A stretch of DNA of 64,000 bases. Source: Octopus vulgaris (lineage: Eukaryota). Within the stretch, counting starts at the first letter, position 1; every line of letters begins with the position of its first letter. The notes beneath the pieces are model-generated. The model was not told where the DNA came from and did not search any database. It worked only from the letters and a program-made list of their open reading frames with translations. Of this stretch, positions 56,962 to 64,000 are shown piece by piece. The position numbers and the translations under genes are program-made. The stretch is from positions 6,820,001 through 6,884,000 of the forward strand of contig OX597830.1 in the NCBI GenBank assembly GCA_951406725.2, read 5' to 3'.

Positions 56962-57664
56962 TTAATGATTTTGTAAATTTTGCTGGGTAAAAGGCTATAT
57001 ATATTTCCTCATAATCTAATTTCTTTTTCTTCTATTCATTCTTGCAAAATATACGAAACAAAGAGATGAGGAGTCCTTCCCGTGCCATAGGAGCATAAGG
57101 ATGGTTTCATATGTTCTGCGGATATATTCATCATAGATAAACACCTATTTAGACACGGATTGATCAATTTACTAAACTTCAGCCTTTTAATTATGATTAG
57201 CTAATCAAGAAGAACGAGAGTAAGTTATCAGAAATACAGAGCTCAAAATTATCATAAATAGGAAAGCTGGACAAATAAATAGCCAGAACGTATTCTAAGA
57301 CGAACTTTTTGCAATTACCTTTTACAATTATGCGTAAGAGTTCGTGTGTCTATGTGCGTGAGTATGTGTGTGTGTATTTGTGTCTCTATTTGCCCGTCTC
57401 CACCTCTTGACAACTAGTATTGGTATGTTTACGTCCCGTGAGATAGAGATTCGGCAAAAATTCGATAAAAATAAGTCATTGATCTAAGAAATAAATAAGT
57501 ACTGGGATCGATTCGTTCGATTAATATACTTGGAGGCGGCGCTCCAGGTTGGCTGCAGTATAGTAACTAAAACAAGTAAAAGAGATTCTCTCTCTTTCCA
57601 CTTCTATCACTGTCTTTCCCTCTCTCTCTCTCTCTCTCTCCCTCTCTCTCTCCCTCTCTCTCGC

Positions 57665-57697
<33 letters not shown>

Positions 57698-57701
<4 letters not shown>

Positions 57702-58069
57702 TAGAGATAAAACCACTATTAGGCAAAGCAAACAGTGATAGACATAAACCAAAACATAAAAAACAAAAAGTAAATATAATTAATATAATAAACAAAATAT
57801 ATATAAAATATAAAATTTAAAATTTAAATTATTAAAATTAAAATATTATATTCAACTTTTTTATTCTTTTTGGTTAGTTTAAAAAATTTTAAATTTAAAA
57901 ATATAAAATATAATTTTAATAATTTAAATTTTAAATTTTATGTATATATTGTATATTATATTAATTATATTAATTATATTATATTAATTATATTTATGCT
58001 TTGTTTTTTATGTTATGGTTTATGTCTATCACTGTTTGGGTTGCATAATAGTGGTTTTATCTCTAATTT
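57698..58069. repeat. inverted pair of PLE tail sequences (~170-bp arms)
   Basis: AAATTAGAGATAAAACCACTATT..AAACAGTGATAGACATAAACC versus GGTTTATGTCTATCACTGTTT..AATAGTGGTTTTATCTCTAATTT; same terminus as 50085-50110. Confidence 0.8.
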
Positions 58070-58541
58070 AATTTATATTTATACTGTGAAATTTGATTTA
58101 ATCCTAAATCTAATTTTTCCCTGTAAGTTAGGTTATACTCCCTAATATTATTATATATATACTTGGTGGCGGGGCAACCGGGTCGAATCATCTTAAGTGT
58201 AACTGTCCGAAATGGTCGTGACATCTGGAACTTGACTGAGGAAAGAAAGCCACGAATGACCCGTCGTGGCTTAAAGTTCAGGAAAAAAAACTGGAGGGTT
58301 GGCAAAGTAAATGAATGGTCCTGATTGAAATAATGAAAGAATTGTTGATTATGCATTTAGGGACAGAAAGTTTCATCTCTAAAAGCTAATACATTTTATC
58401 CGGCAGAGTAAGAAAAGATTGTTTCTATTACAATATGTGATTCAAGCTTTAGTAATGAGTAAGCAGTTTTCTTTTTGTAGTCAACGTTGTATATATTTAT
58501 CTCATTTTATTCATATATATATATATATGTATATATATATA

Positions 58542-58572
<31 letters not shown>

Positions 58573-59433
58573 CTGCATGTTTGTAAGTATGTATATATAT
58601 ATATTATGTATGTCTAAATATATACAAATGCAAGCTAACAGATCAATCATTTCTGACGAGATTAGTGACTGATAAATTCACAGATCGAAATAAACTGAGT
58701 GTGAGCCGGTGAAGATGGGTTTTAGACGGAAGAGGATTTACATGTATTAACCGACATTCAATCAAACAACACACACACACACACACACACACTTACACAC
58801 ACTTACACACACACAAAGACACACACAGATACATGCTTGTATACATAATCGTGTGTGTTCATACAGGTTTTTATCTGTCGCTACACAGAATATGTTCCGA
58901 TTGTCCAACTCAGACGGAATGCCGACATCTTCACAAAATATTTATCAATGTGCTTTATTGAACAGCTTGTTAATCACTCTGCCTCTAACTCCTTCTTTCT
59001 CACTACGATTATCTCCATTAATCTCCCCTGTTTAACTGCTTACCCTCCTCTCTCGCTTCTCTGTCACCCTCTCTTTGTTTTTTCTCCCTCTCCCTCCCTT
59101 GTTTCCCTTTTCTGTTTCTGTCTCCCTCCCTCGCTCTCCCTCTCTCTCTCTCTCTAGTTTATTCCAACAGTCAACTTCTTTCTTTTTAATCTCCTCGCCG
59201 GAATAATAAACACAATTTAAATAGAATCGTTTGTAAGTTGTAATTAATAAAAATTGCTGCTAATGAGATTTTTTGCTAATGTAGTAGCGTAAAATGTGTG
59301 TGCATGTGCATATATCTGCACACACACACATATATGTGTGTGTGTATACGTACACATATATATATATATATATACATATATATACATATATATATTTATT
59401 ATATATATACATATATGTATATATATATGTATA

Positions 59434-59481
<48 letters not shown>

Positions 59482-59500
59482 AATATATATGTATATATAT

Positions 59501-59587
<87 letters not shown>

Positions 59588-60681
59588 TATATATGCACAA
59601 GCTTCCTTGATCTAATTCATTACATAACGATAATAGGTTTTGTTGCGTAGGAAAAACGATGTTTTCGACATTCTTCAGGCAATGTGACGACTGCAGCAGA
59701 CATTGCAACAAGCTCGTCTCCAAATGCAAGACTAAGGGGAATCAGATCTTTACCTACAATAACTGACCACGATAATCCAGCCTAATCTTCAATCGCGTTT
59801 CCAATCAATTGCCGTCTTGTGTACCAGATGCGTACCTTAACATGCTTCTTATTTATAACATAATGAATTTGGCTAAATGCAGAAGGTATATCCGAATGCT
59901 AGAAACAAGTGTCAAACTACCCGAAATTAGCATAGTACTATCTTTAAAATATAAGAATATTGTAGATAAGGTAATCGAAGATAAATGGGTTCTGAGTGTT
60001 GTGAAGAACTTTCTTTATAGGTATACTCAGTCAGAGATGTCCTGGGGTTAAACAGCAACAACAAAGACAAGAGGAACTTGCGATTTACATGAACACAATA
60101 TTGTCAAAGCCGTCCCATAATTCTCTGTTGCTTGGGAGAAAGGCATCAGTTTCAAGTAACAATTTAGCAAAACAAGTTATATTTTTATTTATCTCATAAT
60201 TTCAAGCTATTTTTGAGAACTGTCGAAGACTTAAACGTTATCGCTAAAACATGCTAAAAACACACACACACACACATATAGAGACACTAAAGAACATTTC
60301 TGGCCAGAAAAATCAATCACATTTTATTAAGAAATCCCGCCATATCAAATCACAATCATTGTTATAAGAAGATATGGAAAAAATACTGCTTCTATAAATA
60401 AGGAAGATAAAGATAGAAAGAGAAGAAACTGAGGAGAGCGAAACTATTACGTAAATGGGTTGAAAGAAGAAATGAGAACAGGACAAATATATGGTATTTA
60501 TTATGTCTGAAGATGGATTTATGTCTGTACGTATATATGTATCTATATATATATATATATATATAATATTTGCAGATGCAGGAGTTATCACATAAAACCA
60601 TATAAAGATACAATGGAACCAGAGGATGAAATATGCCCAAAATAAACGTATAAACGCTGATATGAATCAATAATAATAATG

Positions 60682-60724
<43 letters not shown>

Positions 60725-60726
60725 TG

Positions 60727-60835
<109 letters not shown>

Positions 60836-60880
60836 TGATAATAATAATAATCCTCCCTCTCAGTCTCTCTTGTCTCCCCC

Positions 60881-60986
<106 letters not shown>

Positions 60987-61194
60987 TGCTGGATGATGGT
61001 AGTCTAGCACCAATGCTGAACATTTTTATAGAAGTTTGTTAAATGAAACGGATTATAATCAATAAAAGTTATTTTTCCACGGAACACTGTTCATATTTTC
61101 TAGTATTTCTTTGAAGAAAATATATTAATCTGTATCTCTTTATCTCTCTTGTTCTGTCACGGTTTCTCTTCCTCCCTCTCAGTCTCTCTTGTCT

Positions 61195-61254
<60 letters not shown>

Positions 61255-61544
61255 ACAAATATTCACGCATACAAGCACATACACACGGAGAAGCACTGAC
61301 TTATTTTCGGTAACAATGGCTGTATGATAAAAAGCATCTCGTATTCTTTTCTGCGGTCAGCTTTGCCTTTCATGCTTACGGGGGGGGTCTACGAAATAAG
61401 TATAAGCAAATCTGTAGGGTCGATGAAATAGACTCACCTTCTCTCCCTTATTTTAACCCTTGTACCCAGAGCAGAAAGAATTATTATTATTATTAATATT
61501 ATTATTATTATTATTATTATTAAGAGTAGTAGTAGTAGTAGTAT

Positions 61545-62010
61545 TTTATCTTTGACTTTTGCTTTGTATTTGTACGAGTTGGTTCCGAGTCTCACCCAGA
61601 GACCTCAAGAGACAAGTTGGAAGTTCATGTTGGTGTTATGCCTAGGGTGCCATATATTTGGTTTTGTACTTAGTGTTGTACTAGTGAATGTCTAAAAAAC
61701 CATACGAAAATTATGTTTGCTTTAAAACTTGAGATTACATAGAAAGTATTTTGCGTAGGATATGAGCAGTTCCCATGAGCACAATCTTTTGAATTTCTGC
61801 CATTTTGGGGTTTCCTGGTATCTGAGCTAGGTAGCAATTAGCCCCTTTTGCTATCATTCCCAGGGCACATATGACAACAGGTATTGTTTTAGTCTTCAGG
61901 TTCCACATTTTGCTGATTCCTATTTCAAGATCTTTATATTTGCTCAGTTTTTGGTAGGTCTTGACAGATACGTTTATATCGATTGGGACAGTCATATCAA
62001 TGAGGAGGCA
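61545..62010 (-). mobile_element. R4/Dong-like family B, 5'-truncated
   Basis: ORF 61735-61995 (KLSKYKDLEIGISKMWNLKTKTIPVVICALG..IVLMGTAHILRKILSM*), homologous to 28219-28680; in (TAA)n. Confidence 0.9.
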
Positions 62011-62025
62011 TGGTTATTGTTGTTA

Positions 62026-62084
<59 letters not shown>

Positions 62085-62208
62085 GTTGTTGTTGCAGTTG
62101 TTGTTGTTGTTGTTGTTGTTATTGTTATTATTATCATTATTATTATTATTGTTGTTGTAGTTGTTGTTGTTGTTGTTGTTGTTGTTATTGTTATTATAAT
62201 CATTATTA

Positions 62209-62245
<37 letters not shown>

Positions 62246-62267
62246 CATTATTATTATTATTATTATG

Positions 62268-62311
<44 letters not shown>

Positions 62312-62312
62312 A

Positions 62313-62372
<60 letters not shown>

Positions 62373-62375
<3 letters not shown>

Positions 62376-63534
62376 TAGTTTTATTTTTATAGCGTGCTTT
62401 CACTTCACTACCGAGCGCAGCTCTGTGTGCCTTGGGTATGTGCTGTGATTTGTTGTGATGCTCTGATGGTTATTGTATGGAAAGTGTTCTGCGTAGGATG
62501 TGTGCAGTGCCTAGTAGTGCAATTTTCTGTATGTTATATGTGTTTGTAAGTCCTGGTGTTTTTGTTATGTATTTGTCTTAATATTTTTTTATCATGCCTA
62601 ATGCACCTACTATGATAGGAATTGTTTCTGTTTTCAGATTCCACATTCTAGTTACCTCTATTTCCAGGTCTTTGTATTTTGAGAGTTTCTCCATTTCTTT
62701 TAGAGACACGTTGTCATCAGCCGGTATTGATACATCAATTAGAAAGCATTTTTTTTCTTCATGGTCTCTGACAACTATATCTGGTCTGTTGGCCTTAATT
62801 TCTCTATCTGTGTGTATCGGCATGGTTGCTTTCTCGTTTTCTGTGACCTTTTCTGGTGTGTGCCTATACCATCTTTTTTCTGTTGTTATTCCATAATGTT
62901 GGCATAGCTTCCAATGTATGTAGGTTCCAACTCTGTCATGTCTGTGAATGTATTCCTTCTTAGCCAGGACTGGGCAGCTAGAGATATGATTTATTGTTTC
63001 TTGTCCATCTCCACATATTCTGCAGTTACTTGTAATATTTCTTTTCATTACATGTTTTTCGTAATTTCTGGTGGGGAGGCTTTGGTCTTGTGCTGCAATT
63101 AAAAATCCCTCTGTTTCTGCTTTGAGTCCTGAGCTTCTCAACCATTGCTGGGATTTTTCTTTGTCTATTTCTTTTGCGTTTAGTTTAGTCCAGTATTTAC
63201 CATGAAGGGGCTTTTCTTGCCATCGTTTTATCATGGTTCGTTGCTGTTCTATTTTTAGTTTGGATTTCATTTGTTTTATAGCTTTTGTTGTTTCTTCATC
63301 TTCTTCTTCATGTTTATTAGGTGGTATGATTTCTTGTTTGTATTTGTCAGCTTCCTTAAATACTGAGAACAGTTTTTTGTTTTGCTCGTGTTTTGCCGCT
63401 ATCTGGATCAGTTTTCCTTCCTTCTGAAGTAGATATTTTTGCAGTCCTATGGTGGTTATTTTATAGTAGTTTTCCAGCTGTATAAGGCCTCTACCACCTT
63501 CTATACGTTGTATATATAGTCTTTCTATGTCAGA

Positions 63535-63538
<4 letters not shown>
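62373..63538 (-). pseudogene. R4/Dong-like family A, 5'-truncated (thumb, CCHC knuckle, RLE)
   Basis: RLY..R.EGGRGL, CRICG..ETINHISSC, RHD, RPDIVV..IDVS..K. Premature stop at 62578 (TCA>TAA relative to the 11551 copy). The N-terminal poly-I of the ORF is flanking (TAA)n. Confidence 0.95.
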
Positions 63539-63624
<86 letters not shown>

Positions 63625-64000
63625 CATCATTATTATTATTATTATTATCATCAACATCATCACCTTCTTCGGCAATTACTTATCAATTTAAAACACATTA
63701 ATCAATGAAATTGTTGCGTCAACATTTTCGGCTGCCTCGGCCATATAAAAAACTAAACTAATCACTGAACGTCCATTACTCTAACCATTTTAAAAATCTC
63801 TAGTCATTATAAGAATTTCGTCGATGGCAAAAGTAATAATCCCAGTTTAATCCCAAACAGCGATATGTTCCACTATGTACCCGATTATTATAACTTCCAT
63901 CAAAGAGAGGGGCTTTAATAAGAAAATGATTTTTAAGAATCATCTCCCAAATTTGAGCTGATTCTGAGTGAGGCACCAGCTTCGGTTCGTCAGTCTTTGT

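Noticed and set aside
58160-58270. Additional HHR in the repeat shared with 53180-53250
   Set aside because: The repeat is real (GACTGAGGAAAGAA..GAATGACCCGTC) but the core and stems are too degenerate to call.
63538-63675. N-terminal poly-Ile extension of the 365-aa ORF
   Set aside because: It is the flanking (TAA)n target read in frame, not part of the element.

Overview
Repeat-saturated, AT-rich eukaryotic (metazoan) intergenic or intronic DNA. The SINE families and microsatellite density look like an octopus/coleoid cephalopod genome (inference). No intact host protein-coding gene is recognisable, and almost all ORF-track entries are microsatellite translations. The real content is mobile DNA. 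(i) Penelope-like elements (PLEs): a young Naiad-type insertion forming a 2.7-kb inverted structure with a 15-bp TSD, an older decayed Naiad, and a 5'-truncated Neptune-type copy whose ~3-kb CA-rich 3' UTR is bracketed by two A-depleted complementary GC islands. Several short PLE termini carry hammerhead ribozymes (HHRs) with non-canonical cores. (ii) Four families of R4/Dong-like RLE non-LTR retrotransposons plus a ~545-bp non-coding element, all embedded in (TAA)n. (iii) Two abundant tRNA-derived SINE families. (iv) Tx1-like, RTE-like, maT, Helitron, piggyBac-MITE and pogo-MITE remnants, and several fold-back hairpins. The most interesting signals are the long-range A-poor duplex in the Neptune UTR (possible ADAR editing fixed by retrotransposition), the variant HHRs, a six-fold reiterated 5' junction of a Dong-like element, and the partitioning of microsatellite types among element families.
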